22,880 bases of DNA from Candidatus Hermodarchaeota archaeon. Its GTDB lineage: Archaea > Asgardarchaeota > Lokiarchaeia > Sigyniarchaeales > SOKP01. The position numbers and the translations under genes were made by a program. How positions within the stretch are numbered: position 1 is the stretch's first letter; every line of letters starts with the position of its first letter. Shown one piece after another: positions 1-7,909 of this stretch. The notes below the pieces were generated by a model. That model worked only from the letters and a program-made list of their open reading frames with translations, did not search any database and was not told the origin of the DNA. The DNA is taken from NCBI GenBank assembly GCA_048885925.1, contig JBHLLG010000046.1:1-22880 (forward strand), in the 5' to 3' direction.

Positions 1-312
1 GTTAGTTTTGGAGCAATTCAAGGTCGTATTAAAACTAAACCATGCACTCTATTAAGGATTGAAACTGATGATCTATTTGGTGAGATGAAGGCTATTTTAG
101 CAGAAGGAACTTATACAGAGGATCCTTTAGAAACGTTTGGCGGATATGGAGTAATTAAGATACCTAATTTACAAGATTTACTTAAGAAGTTATGTTTTGG
201 TGGTTTTGCTCACCATGTTGCTGCTTCATTATCAGAAGTTGGAAGCATCGTAAAGGAAGTTTTAATTAATTATTTAGGATGGAATGTTATTTTCCATAAT
301 GAAAATTTATAA
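1..312 (+). CDS. L-fucose/L-arabinose isomerase family protein, C-terminal part (5'-truncated by window)
   Basis: Frame is open from base 1 (VSFGAIQGRIKTKPCTLLRIETDD...) into the 85..312 ORF. The segments TFGGYGV...LQDLL...GFAHHVA and YLGW match the C-terminal domain of FucI/AraA-like sugar isomerases. Confidence 0.75.
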   Translation, partial: VSFGAIQGRIKTKPCTLLRIETDDLFGEMKAILAEGTYTEDPLETFGGYGVIKIPNLQDLLKKLCFGGFAHHVAASLSEVGSIVKEVLINYLGWNVIFHNENL

Positions 313-319
313 CAATCTT

Positions 320-1423
320 TTAAATCCTTTTTATATTTACATTTTTATTGAAAAATCCTGTTTCTATTAAATCTTTCTTTTCTTTGTTCAAATGCGCTAA
401 CAATTCGAATGGATATCCCTTTTCTTTTAAATTATTCTGTCTTTTTTGATAGTTCGATACTCTTTTTCTAGTTAGATATATTGAATATTCAGAGATATCG
501 CATCCAATCCACCTACGGTTCAACTTTTCAGCTACTACTAGAGAAGTTCCTGAACCGCAAAAAAAATCAGCAATTAAATCACCTTCATTAGAACCTATTT
601 TCACTATTCTTTCTAGCAATTTATGATGTTTTTGAGTAGGAAATCCTGTCCATTCTTTTGAAGCTGGTTGTAAACATGGAATCCGCCATACATCATCCAT
701 CTTTTTGTCAGTTACGATTCTATAAATTACATGTCCATTCTCATCTTTTACGTTTTTTAGAACGCCATTTACCATCTCTCTCTTTAATTGCTTTCTTGGT
801 TTTTTTCTAGGTATTCTCATTTGATTGAATGTATAGTTATTCGATTTTGAATATACCAAAATTGTATCATAAGCTCTAGGAAGATTCTTCTTTCCCGCGG
901 AATACTTGTTATAGTAATACCAAATAATACTATTTACAAACCGATTTTCCCCAAAAACTTCATCTAAGATCATCCGTATATAATGATTTGCATGCCAATC
1001 TAAATGAATAAACAATAAACCGTTTTGTGAGAGTAATTTTTTAAATAAAATAATTCGTTCATACATCATTTGAAGATAGGAATCTAAATCCTTACCCCAG
1101 TAATCATAATAAGCTACAATCTTAGAAGTTTTACCTTTTTCCTTAATTTCGATATTATAATTTGATCCAGAGAAGAACGGGGGATCTATATAAATTAAAT
1201 CTATTTTTTCTTCAAAATGATTCAATAAAAAAAACAATACTTCTAAATTATCTCCCCAAAAAAGTTTATTTTTCCAAACTTCCGAATTTATAGCATTTTT
1301 AGATTCGTTTTTACTAGAGTATGAATAAAGTTCGAAAGTTGAAAAAAAATGTAAATAAAATTTTTTTAAATCTTCAAGTTTAGAGGAGTTGTCTTTTTTA
1401 TCCTCCCAAATTAAATTAACCAT
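320..1423 (-). CDS. Site-specific DNA methyltransferase, N6-adenine/N4-cytosine family (beta class, Mod-like), apparently orphan
   Basis: Catalytic motif IV DLIYIDPPF precedes the SAM-binding motif I DFFCGSGTS. Also NKLFWGDNL, FPTQK and RRWIGCDIS, all typical of N6_N4_Mtase. Confidence 0.92.
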   Translation of the reverse strand: MVNLIWEDKKDNSSKLEDLKKFYLHFFSTFELYSYSSKNESKNAINSEVWKNKLFWGDNLEVLFFLLNHFEEKIDLIYIDPPFFSGSNYNIEIKEKGKTSKIVAYYDYWGKDLDSYLQMMYERIILFKKLLSQNGLLFIHLDWHANHYIRMILDEVFGENRFVNSIIWYYYNKYSAGKKNLPRAYDTILVYSKSNNYTFNQMRIPRKKPRKQLKREMVNGVLKNVKDENGHVIYRIVTDKKMDDVWRIPCLQPASKEWTGFPTQKHHKLLERIVKIGSNEGDLIADFFCGSGTSLVVAEKLNRRWIGCDISEYSIYLTRKRVSNYQKRQNNLKEKGYPFELLAHLNKEKKDLIETGFFNKNVNIKRI

Positions 1424-1429
1424 TATTTT

Positions 1430-2140
1430 CTAAATTTCTTTATTTTCTAAAAGGGCATCAAATTCTCTATCTGAAAGAAATCCTTTTGTCATCATAATTT
1501 CTTTAATTCTTTCGGTAAGCTGAGGTACTCCCTTCGCTTCTGAAATCGTTTTTTCAAGTGTTGCGACTTTTTGAGTTAGTTCATTTAATTTTTCGATTTT
1601 TGCATCTCTTTCTTCTTTAAGAGTTTCAATTTCGATAAATTTCTCTGATGTAGATTTTTTTAACTCTTGCTTAAGATCTACGACCTCATTTACTCTCTGC
1701 TGTAAATCTGCTTGGATTGATTCTTTCTCTTTTTTTAATTTGTTCATAGTGTTGCTTTCTCCTGCTTTCAATTCTTTTAATTCACTTTCTAACTCTGTAA
1801 CCTTAGAATTAGACTCAGATAGTTTTTTTTCTAAATCGGTTTTTGAAGTTTTGAATTTATTAATTTCAGCATCAGCATAGAGTTTTTCTTCTTTTATCCT
1901 TTCAAAATTCTTCTTTGTGGTAATATAATTATAATTTATCTCTTCATATTTTTTTTCGATTTCGGTTAATTTTTCTTTTGTGGAATTATAATCGGTTGAT
2001 ATTTTATCAAATTCTTTAGTTTTTTGAGATAATTGTTTCTCTAAACTATTAATCTTTGATCTAAGATCTAATAAAATTTTGCCTTCAATGGATAATTTCT
2101 TCTCTGGGCGTTCCTCTGCTTTAGCCCAATCTATTGACAT
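1430..2140 (-). CDS. Coiled-coil protein with conserved head and tail, paralog A (function unknown)
   Basis: About 236 aa, K/E-rich heptad pattern. Start moved from TTG 2149 to ATG 2140 because the paralog also begins MSIDWAK and a GAGG SD-like site lies 9 nt upstream. Confidence 0.85.
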   Translation of the reverse strand: MSIDWAKAEERPEKKLSIEGKILLDLRSKINSLEKQLSQKTKEFDKISTDYNSTKEKLTEIEKKYEEINYNYITTKKNFERIKEEKLYADAEINKFKTSKTDLEKKLSESNSKVTELESELKELKAGESNTMNKLKKEKESIQADLQQRVNEVVDLKQELKKSTSEKFIEIETLKEERDAKIEKLNELTQKVATLEKTISEAKGVPQLTERIKEIMMTKGFLSDREFDALLENKEI

Positions 2141-2145
2141 TTTTG
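2121..2145. repeat. 25-bp exact direct repeat, copy 1 (copy 2 at 3013..3037), spanning the start codons of the coiled-coil paralogs
   Basis: ttagcccaatctattgacatttttg occurs at 2121..2145 and 3013..3037, a footprint of tandem gene duplication. Confidence 0.9.
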
Positions 2146-2186
2146 CCAACCTCGTTACATATTATTTTTTTTTTACTTTGTTTTTA

Positions 2187-2200
2187 AATTATAATTTCTC
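2187..2200 (-). promoter_or_regulatory. Putative BRE-TATA promoter of coiled-coil paralog A
   Basis: Minus strand GAGAA-ATTATAATT. The ATTATAATT 9-mer lies 47-55 nt upstream of the ATG, exactly as in paralog B. Confidence 0.5.
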
Positions 2201-2303
2201 GATACTATATATTTATTTTCTTAAAATTGATAATTTATAAATTTTACATTAAAGTACCTAGAATAGATTGAATACTATTATAATAATTAAATGAAATAAT
2301 TTT

Positions 2304-3032
2304 TTAATCTTGAATCTCTTGAAGCAGTGAGTCAAGTTCTTTATCACTTAAAAATCCTTTTCGCATCATGATCTCTTTAATTTTTTCAATGATTTTATTT
2401 GCATTGATTACTTTAGCCATTTTGGTTTCAAATTGCTTGAATCTTTCGATTTCATCATTTGTATGCTCTTTTTCCTTTGCTAATTTCTTTTTTAGATTAT
2501 CAATTTCTTCATCTCTGGCTTTTAATTCAGCTTTATGATTTCGAATTTCCTTATCTTTACCCAAGAGTTCATTTGATTTACTTAATAATTCTTCTTCTTT
2601 ACTTTGGATTTCTTTATCCCTTATTAAGATTTTTTCTTCCATTTTAAGAGCTTTTCCAACAGATTCATTTAATTGGTTTTCAAGATTTGTGATTTTAGTT
2701 GTTGCTTCATTTATTTTTCCTTCCAAATTTGCTTTATTATATTTTAATTTTTCTAACTCTATTTCATTATGTAGTTTTTCCTCTTTGATCAGGTCAAATG
2801 ATTTTCTAGCCTTAGATTTTTTTTCTGTTAATAACGTTAAGCTTACTTCACGACCAGCTAATTTTTCTTGAGTTAGTATCAATTCTTCTATTGTATTATC
2901 TAATTTCTTTTTATTTTCATTTAGACGTTGCTCTAGATGGTTTAACTTAGATCGTAATTCTAATAAAATCTTTCCCTCTATTGATATTTTCTTATCAGGT
3001 CGTTCTTCTACCTTAGCCCAATCTATTGACAT
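2304..3032 (-). CDS. Coiled-coil protein with conserved head and tail, paralog B (function unknown)
   Basis: 242 aa. Shares the N-terminus MSIDWAKxEERPxKKxSIEGKILLxLRSKxNxLE and the C-terminus IKEIMMxKGFLSDxExDxLL with 1430..2140. Confidence 0.87.
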   Translation of the reverse strand: MSIDWAKVEERPDKKISIEGKILLELRSKLNHLEQRLNENKKKLDNTIEELILTQEKLAGREVSLTLLTEKKSKARKSFDLIKEEKLHNEIELEKLKYNKANLEGKINEATTKITNLENQLNESVGKALKMEEKILIRDKEIQSKEEELLSKSNELLGKDKEIRNHKAELKARDEEIDNLKKKLAKEKEHTNDEIERFKQFETKMAKVINANKIIEKIKEIMMRKGFLSDKELDSLLQEIQD

Positions 3033-3078
3033 TTTTGAACCTTGCTACGTAATATATAATTGTGTCAATATTTAAACT

Positions 3079-3092
3079 AATTATAATCTTTT
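3079..3092 (-). promoter_or_regulatory. Putative BRE-TATA promoter of coiled-coil paralog B
   Basis: Minus strand AAAAG-ATTATAATT, with the 9-mer 47-55 nt upstream of ATG 3032. An AAGGT SD-like site precedes the ATG. Confidence 0.5.
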
Positions 3093-3164
3093 ATAAAAAA
3101 TAATTATTTTAGTAAAAGAAAATATTGAATCCTTAAAATAACATAATATTTCATCTTATAATAA

Positions 3165-3965
3165 ATGGTAAAAATTACAATTGGTACAGCAGGGTGGGAA
3201 TATAAAGATTGGAATTTAGTTTTTTATCCAAAAAAAATGGAAGCTTCCCAACATTTAGAATATTTCTCAAGGTATTTTGATATAGTTGAAATCAATTCAA
3301 CTTTTTATAATTTACCTTCTGAAGATATGGTATTTAATTGGAAAAATCGTGTACCAGATAATTTTCGCTTTATCATTAAAGTATGGCAAAAAATAACACA
3401 TGAGCTTGATGATTCAGAAAAAGATTTCAAGATTATTGAATTTTTTAGTAGATTTGTCATCTTAAAAAATAAAATTTTCAGCTTTCTTCTGCAATTTCCG
3501 CCTTGGTTTAAATATAATGAAGAAAATTTAAAAAAGTTAACAAACTTAATCGAAATACTTCCATCTGAATATAAATATATCATTGAATTACGTGATAATT
3601 CATGGTTTAAGCCTGAAATTGTTTTTAATTTTATTGATGGGAAAAATCGAATACTTGGAACAACATATATGCCTGGAATTATCCCCCATTATTTGATGAA
3701 TCAAAATTTTTATTATATAAGATTGATTGGAGATAGAGAATTAACTGTTTTTAATCGTATTCAAAGAGAGCAGATTAAAGCCATGAACGATCTTTCTCAG
3801 AATGTTCAGAATTTAAGAAAAAATCCTAATATCTATGAAATATTTATAATTGTTAATAACCACTTCCAAGGATTTGCTCCCGCTTCTGCCAATAATCTAA
3901 AGAAGAAATTTGGGGTGCTTTATCACATATTAAATGTACAAAAAAATTTAATTGATTATATCTAA
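3165..3965 (+). CDS. DUF72 (YecE-like) TIM-barrel protein
   Basis: IGTAGWEYKDW..FYP, YF.IVEINSTFY..P, FRFIIKV...ITH, LLQFPPWF, ELRDNSW, YIRLIG and NNHFQGFAP are the canonical DUF72 motif series. Confidence 0.92.
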   Translation: MVKITIGTAGWEYKDWNLVFYPKKMEASQHLEYFSRYFDIVEINSTFYNLPSEDMVFNWKNRVPDNFRFIIKVWQKITHELDDSEKDFKIIEFFSRFVILKNKIFSFLLQFPPWFKYNEENLKKLTNLIEILPSEYKYIIELRDNSWFKPEIVFNFIDGKNRILGTTYMPGIIPHYLMNQNFYYIRLIGDRELTVFNRIQREQIKAMNDLSQNVQNLRKNPNIYEIFIIVNNHFQGFAPASANNLKKKFGVLYHILNVQKNLIDYI

Positions 3966-4067
3966 AATATATCCTTTTTTGAGAATTTAAATAAACTCTT
4001 TTCATAATCTTTATTTAACCTTTTTATTTAAGTAAGTTTTAAATATAGTGAATTTGACTATATTTTT

Positions 4068-5297
4068 ATGGAAATTATTGATAATATAAAGAAATTATTT
4101 AAGAAAGAGAATTGGCGTCTGCTTGTTCTTGTATTATGGCTTCTAATTGGTGTAACTATAATTCAATTTCTTCCAATAGTAGGAATATTTATCTTTTTAC
4201 CCTTCCTTACGTTTTTGATGTTTTTATATTTACTTTCCCTTGTCTCTAAGAAAAATGTTATGGAATATCCAACATGGAAAATAATATTGTTACTAGTTTT
4301 ATCTTTACCGCTTCTATTATTATTATCGATTGTTCTTATTGTTCTATTCGCTTTTTCAATAATATCCTATTTTTTCTTTACATCTTGGTTCATTTTATAC
4401 GCGTGTTATTTAACAGGAATGGGAATAGATAAAAAATTGCTAAAATATCCAAAATCAGGGCCAATTCTTAGAATATTAATATTTATAGGAGGGATTATAG
4501 GTTCTTTACTATTATTATATCTATTTATAATTGGCCCAACCTTATTTGATTTTTCTGCTATCTCAACAGTAAAAATACCTCTTTTTTTAAACCTTGTATA
4601 TATAATAGTTGGATGCGTAATTATCGGATTAGCAATTTTTGGATTAATTCTAATGTTCAAAAAAATATTCAATACTTGGTTAGGTACTTTTTTTATTCTT
4701 GTAGCTGTTTATTCACTGTTTTTAGTAGTAAAAATTTATCTAGGGCTTGATATTGATGAATCAAGTGATCAAAATGTTCCTATGAGTGTAACAGAAACTA
4801 TTACAGCAATTGGTATGTTGTTAGTTGATTTACTTATTTTAATATACTCTCTAAGTACACTTATGGGTTCTAATGCAAAATTTCTCGCTAAAAGATTTAA
4901 GCGAATGGGAATCGATACTGCGATAGTTTGGTTGATCTTTTCAAAAGTTGCATATGAATTCATTCATCACTTTCCTTATACTTTGTTTGAAAAAATAAAG
5001 GTACCATGGATTAACGCACTATCAGCTTTAAATAATGATTTAATTAATCTCGCTAAAAATATTGCAGTATTGACTTTCTTCATAATTCTTCTATTAATAA
5101 TTGGAATATATGAAATTAGAAAATTCAATAGACAGCAGAGAGATTTGAAAAAATTAGTTTCAGAAGATATATCTCAACTCTCTTCTATTGAAGAACTAGA
5201 ACTCCCTATTGAGGATAATACAGCTATTGATGATATTAAAGAATCTATTTCTAATGGAAGAATTAATGATAATAGATCTAATAGTGATTCTGTATAA
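4068..5297 (+). CDS. Multi-pass membrane protein of unknown function with acidic C-terminal tail
   Basis: 409 aa with roughly 9-11 hydrophobic segments, then a low-complexity D/E/N/S-rich tail. No recognisable motif. Confidence 0.8.
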   Translation: MEIIDNIKKLFKKENWRLLVLVLWLLIGVTIIQFLPIVGIFIFLPFLTFLMFLYLLSLVSKKNVMEYPTWKIILLLVLSLPLLLLLSIVLIVLFAFSIISYFFFTSWFILYACYLTGMGIDKKLLKYPKSGPILRILIFIGGIIGSLLLLYLFIIGPTLFDFSAISTVKIPLFLNLVYIIVGCVIIGLAIFGLILMFKKIFNTWLGTFFILVAVYSLFLVVKIYLGLDIDESSDQNVPMSVTETITAIGMLLVDLLILIYSLSTLMGSNAKFLAKRFKRMGIDTAIVWLIFSKVAYEFIHHFPYTLFEKIKVPWINALSALNNDLINLAKNIAVLTFFIILLLIIGIYEIRKFNRQQRDLKKLVSEDISQLSSIEELELPIEDNTAIDDIKESISNGRINDNRSNSDSV

Positions 5298-5333
5298 ATA
5301 AGAAATCAAAATCTATGTTATCAGTGAATTAAA

Positions 5334-5343
5334 TTTTTTTTTT
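5334..5343 (+). terminator. Possible archaeal oligo(dT) terminator
   Basis: T10 run about 37 nt downstream of the 5297 stop codon. Confidence 0.35.
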
Positions 5344-5457
5344 AAAATTATAATCTGGTATAAATTACAAATTTCTCATAGATTAATAGTTTAATAATTA
5401 GTTTTATTAAACAATAATTCAAAAATTATCATACTTAATTTCTAATGAGTGTTTGGA

Positions 5458-5976
5458 ATGAGTAATTTTGAAGTTGACTCTAAGGAAATCTTTCTCAAGA
5501 AGTTTGAAAAATTAGCTTTAAAGATTGAACAGCTCACAGATGAAATTTCAAAAATGAAAATGAAATTAGATAAAAATTATAAAGTTAATAGAACATTCGG
5601 GCTAAAAACAGTGAGAAATTCTGAACCATTGGATTTTGCCAGAGATGTTATGGGAATTGGGAGCCCTACTAAGAGATATTTATTATCATTAAGAGCAATA
5701 ACTGAAGAATGGAAAGGAAGAAAAAATGATATTTTAATTACTATTAGACAACAAGAAAAAGAAACTCATATGGATTTGAAGGCTCTTGGGATTAGAATTC
5801 CTATAAATGATATTAAAAATATAAGTATTTTGGCTAAGCAAATTCTCTCAATTTTATATATTTCATGTGAGTTACGTGGATTGCCGATTAATGAAATCTT
5901 GAGAGAAATAATATCTGAGATAAATGAAGAAGGAAATAAAATAGTCCAAGAAATTAAACAGAAGATGATTTTTTAG
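5458..5976 (+). CDS. Hypothetical protein: N-terminal coiled coil plus possible PC4/Sub1-like nucleic-acid-binding domain
   Basis: Clean ORF (ATG 5458 preferred over GTG 5449). The segment EEWKGR..ILITIRQ...LKALGIRIP resembles the PC4 signature EFKG..vDIR....KGISL. Confidence 0.6.
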   Translation: MSNFEVDSKEIFLKKFEKLALKIEQLTDEISKMKMKLDKNYKVNRTFGLKTVRNSEPLDFARDVMGIGSPTKRYLLSLRAITEEWKGRKNDILITIRQQEKETHMDLKALGIRIPINDIKNISILAKQILSILYISCELRGLPINEILREIISEINEEGNKIVQEIKQKMIF

Positions 5977-5981
5977 TAATT

Positions 5982-6005
5982 TTCGTGAAACGATGATTTC
6001 ACGAA
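5982..6005. promoter_or_regulatory. Perfect 9-bp inverted repeat (TTCGTGAAA-6 nt-TTTCACGAA): operator or hairpin
   Basis: Directly visible. It sits 5 nt after the 5976 stop and about 50 nt upstream of the ogt ATG. Confidence 0.55.
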
Positions 6006-6053
6006 TAAATTTCATTAAAAAATTTTAAATTTTAATAATTATGGTTATAAAGC

Positions 6054-6602
6054 ATGAAGTTTCTTAATTTTTCTTCTCCGTTTGGTCCTTTCACAATAGT
6101 ATGGAAAGGTAAAGAACCAGCTTTACGACTACAACGTATATTTCTTAGCGATCCGAAAACAAAATCTGAAGAAAAAGCACATGAATTATTTAAACTAATA
6201 GAAGAAGGATCATCTTCATCAATTATAGCGCTTGCTGAGAATATAAGACTGTTTTTAAGAGGTGAAGAGGTAGTGTTTGAGCTGAAAAACATAGATTTTA
6301 CGATTTGTTCTAAAGTTCAAGAAAAGGTACTCCAGGCAGAATATCGAATTCCAAGAGGTTGGGTAAGCACATATAAACAGATTGCGAATCATATAGGAAT
6401 AAATAATGGAGCAAGAGTAGTTGGAAATTCTCTAGCAAAGAATCCGTTCCCAATTATTATCCCTTGTCACAGAGCTATCAAAACAAGTGGAGATCTTGGA
6501 GGATACCAAGGAGGTATTAATATGAAACGTAAACTATTGGAGCTTGAAGGAATCGAGTTTTCTGAAAGAGGAAAAGTTATTACCGATAGAATTTATTACT
6601 AA
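6054..6602 (+). CDS. ogt: Methylated-DNA--protein-cysteine methyltransferase (MGMT/Ogt)
   Basis: SPFG N-terminal motif, IPRGWVSTYKQIA, ARVVGNSLAKNP, active site IIIPCHR, LGGY.GG...KRKLLELEG. Confidence 0.95.
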   Translation: MKFLNFSSPFGPFTIVWKGKEPALRLQRIFLSDPKTKSEEKAHELFKLIEEGSSSSIIALAENIRLFLRGEEVVFELKNIDFTICSKVQEKVLQAEYRIPRGWVSTYKQIANHIGINNGARVVGNSLAKNPFPIIIPCHRAIKTSGDLGGYQGGINMKRKLLELEGIEFSERGKVITDRIYY

Positions 6603-6663
6603 TCAGAAAAATAACTCTTTTAAAATTAAAAAATTTGAAAATTCGATTTCATTCTGGTTAATT

Positions 6664-7179
6664 ATGGCAATAAAGGAAGTATTGATATTAGGAAATCCTA
6701 AATTAAGAGAAAAATCATTAATTATTAATGATTTTAGTCTAGATTTTGTTCAAAATCTAAGGGATCTTAATGATACTCTTACTTATCTTCAAGAAACAAA
6801 AAAACTTGGTAGAGCAATCGCAGCACCTCAAATAGGAGTCAAAAAAAGGTTAATATATTATCAATTGCCAAATAAATCTTTCTATATGGTGAATCCGAAA
6901 ATTACTTGGAAAAGCGAAGAGATGATAAATGTTTGGGATAGCTGCTATAGTTTTGATATAGCATTCTTTGTCGAAATTCAAAGACATAAAACCATTAAAG
7001 TGGAATATCAAGATAAAAATGGAAATTTAGCATTAGAGGACTTTTCTGATGATCTTTCAGAATTAGTTCAGCATGAAATTGATCATCTAAATGGAATTTT
7101 AGCAACTGATCATCTAAAAGACGTAAAAAAAATAATAATGAGAAGTGAATGGGAAAGGAGGTTTAGGAAAAGTGAATAG
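6664..7179 (+). CDS. def: Peptide deformylase family protein with non-canonical motifs 1 and 2
   Basis: Start re-assigned to ATG 6664 (MAIKEVLILGNPKLR, a typical PDF N-terminus). Motifs are GRAIAAPQIG, WDSCYS and QHEIDHLNGIL. Confidence 0.88.
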   Translation: MAIKEVLILGNPKLREKSLIINDFSLDFVQNLRDLNDTLTYLQETKKLGRAIAAPQIGVKKRLIYYQLPNKSFYMVNPKITWKSEEMINVWDSCYSFDIAFFVEIQRHKTIKVEYQDKNGNLALEDFSDDLSELVQHEIDHLNGILATDHLKDVKKIIMRSEWERRFRKSE

Positions 7180-7858
7180 GATAGGTATTTTGGGAGGAAT
7201 GTCTTATGAATCTACGATTAAATATTATGATTTGATTCTTGAGAAGTACTACGAGAAATTCCATGATTATAATTATCCTGAAATTATAATATTCAGCTTA
7301 AATTTTCAAAAGATAATCGATTTAGAACATGAACGTGATAAATCTTACTATATAGAATATTTAATGGAAGGTATTAATTCATTAGAAAAGGCGGGAGCAA
7401 CTTTTATAGCAATGGCAGCAAATTCTCCTCACGCAGTATACGAAGATTTGGAAAAATTTTCAAAAATTCCAATCTTAAGCATTGTAAAAGCTACAGCTGA
7501 AAAAGCAAAAAAGGAAAATATGAAAAAACTATTATTATTAGGAATAAAATTCACAATGCAATCCACTTTTTATCATAATTATTGTAGAAAAATTGGTATT
7601 GAAGTAATTAGTCCTTCAGAAGAGGAGCAAGATGTAATAGATAAAATTATTTTTGATGAATTAGTCATCGGATTTTTTAAACAAGAGAGTAAAAAAACAC
7701 TTATCCAAATTATTGGAAATTATCAAAATGTGGATGGTGTTATATTAGGGTGTACTGAATTACCTTTAATTTTAACTCAAAATGACACAAGCATTAAATT
7801 ATTAGACACAATAGAACTCCATGTAGAAGCCATTCTTAACTATTATTTCTCTTCATAA
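7172..7858 (+). CDS. Aspartate/glutamate racemase family protein (first catalytic Cys replaced by Ala)
   Basis: IGILGGMS.ESTI.YY, LEKAGA.FIAMAANSPH, LLLGIKFTM, VILGCTELP, DT..LH. Probable GTG start at 7172 overlaps the deformylase stop by 8 nt. Confidence 0.88.
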   Translation: MNRIGILGGMSYESTIKYYDLILEKYYEKFHDYNYPEIIIFSLNFQKIIDLEHERDKSYYIEYLMEGINSLEKAGATFIAMAANSPHAVYEDLEKFSKIPILSIVKATAEKAKKENMKKLLLLGIKFTMQSTFYHNYCRKIGIEVISPSEEEQDVIDKIIFDELVIGFFKQESKKTLIQIIGNYQNVDGVILGCTELPLILTQNDTSIKLLDTIELHVEAILNYYFSS

Positions 7859-7909
7859 AGTTTTTTTAGGTCCTAAGTGCTATTTATTATAATGATATCC
7901 TAAGGGTAA

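Noticed and set aside
2459-2871. Plus-strand ORFs 2459..2647 and 2689..2871
   Set aside because: Antisense shadows of the K/E-rich coiled-coil gene; their F/L/S-rich composition is the expected reverse-complement artefact.
1430-3032. SMC/Rad50 or Wadjet-type annotation for the coiled-coil pair
   Set aside because: No Walker A/B, signature motif, hinge or zinc hook, and far too short.
320-3965. Complete restriction-modification or defence island
   Set aside because: No endonuclease, helicase, specificity subunit or mobility gene is visible near the methyltransferase.
6544-6663. 40-aa N-terminal extension of the deformylase in the ORF track
   Set aside because: It overlaps ogt, and ATG 6664 gives a typical deformylase N-terminus.
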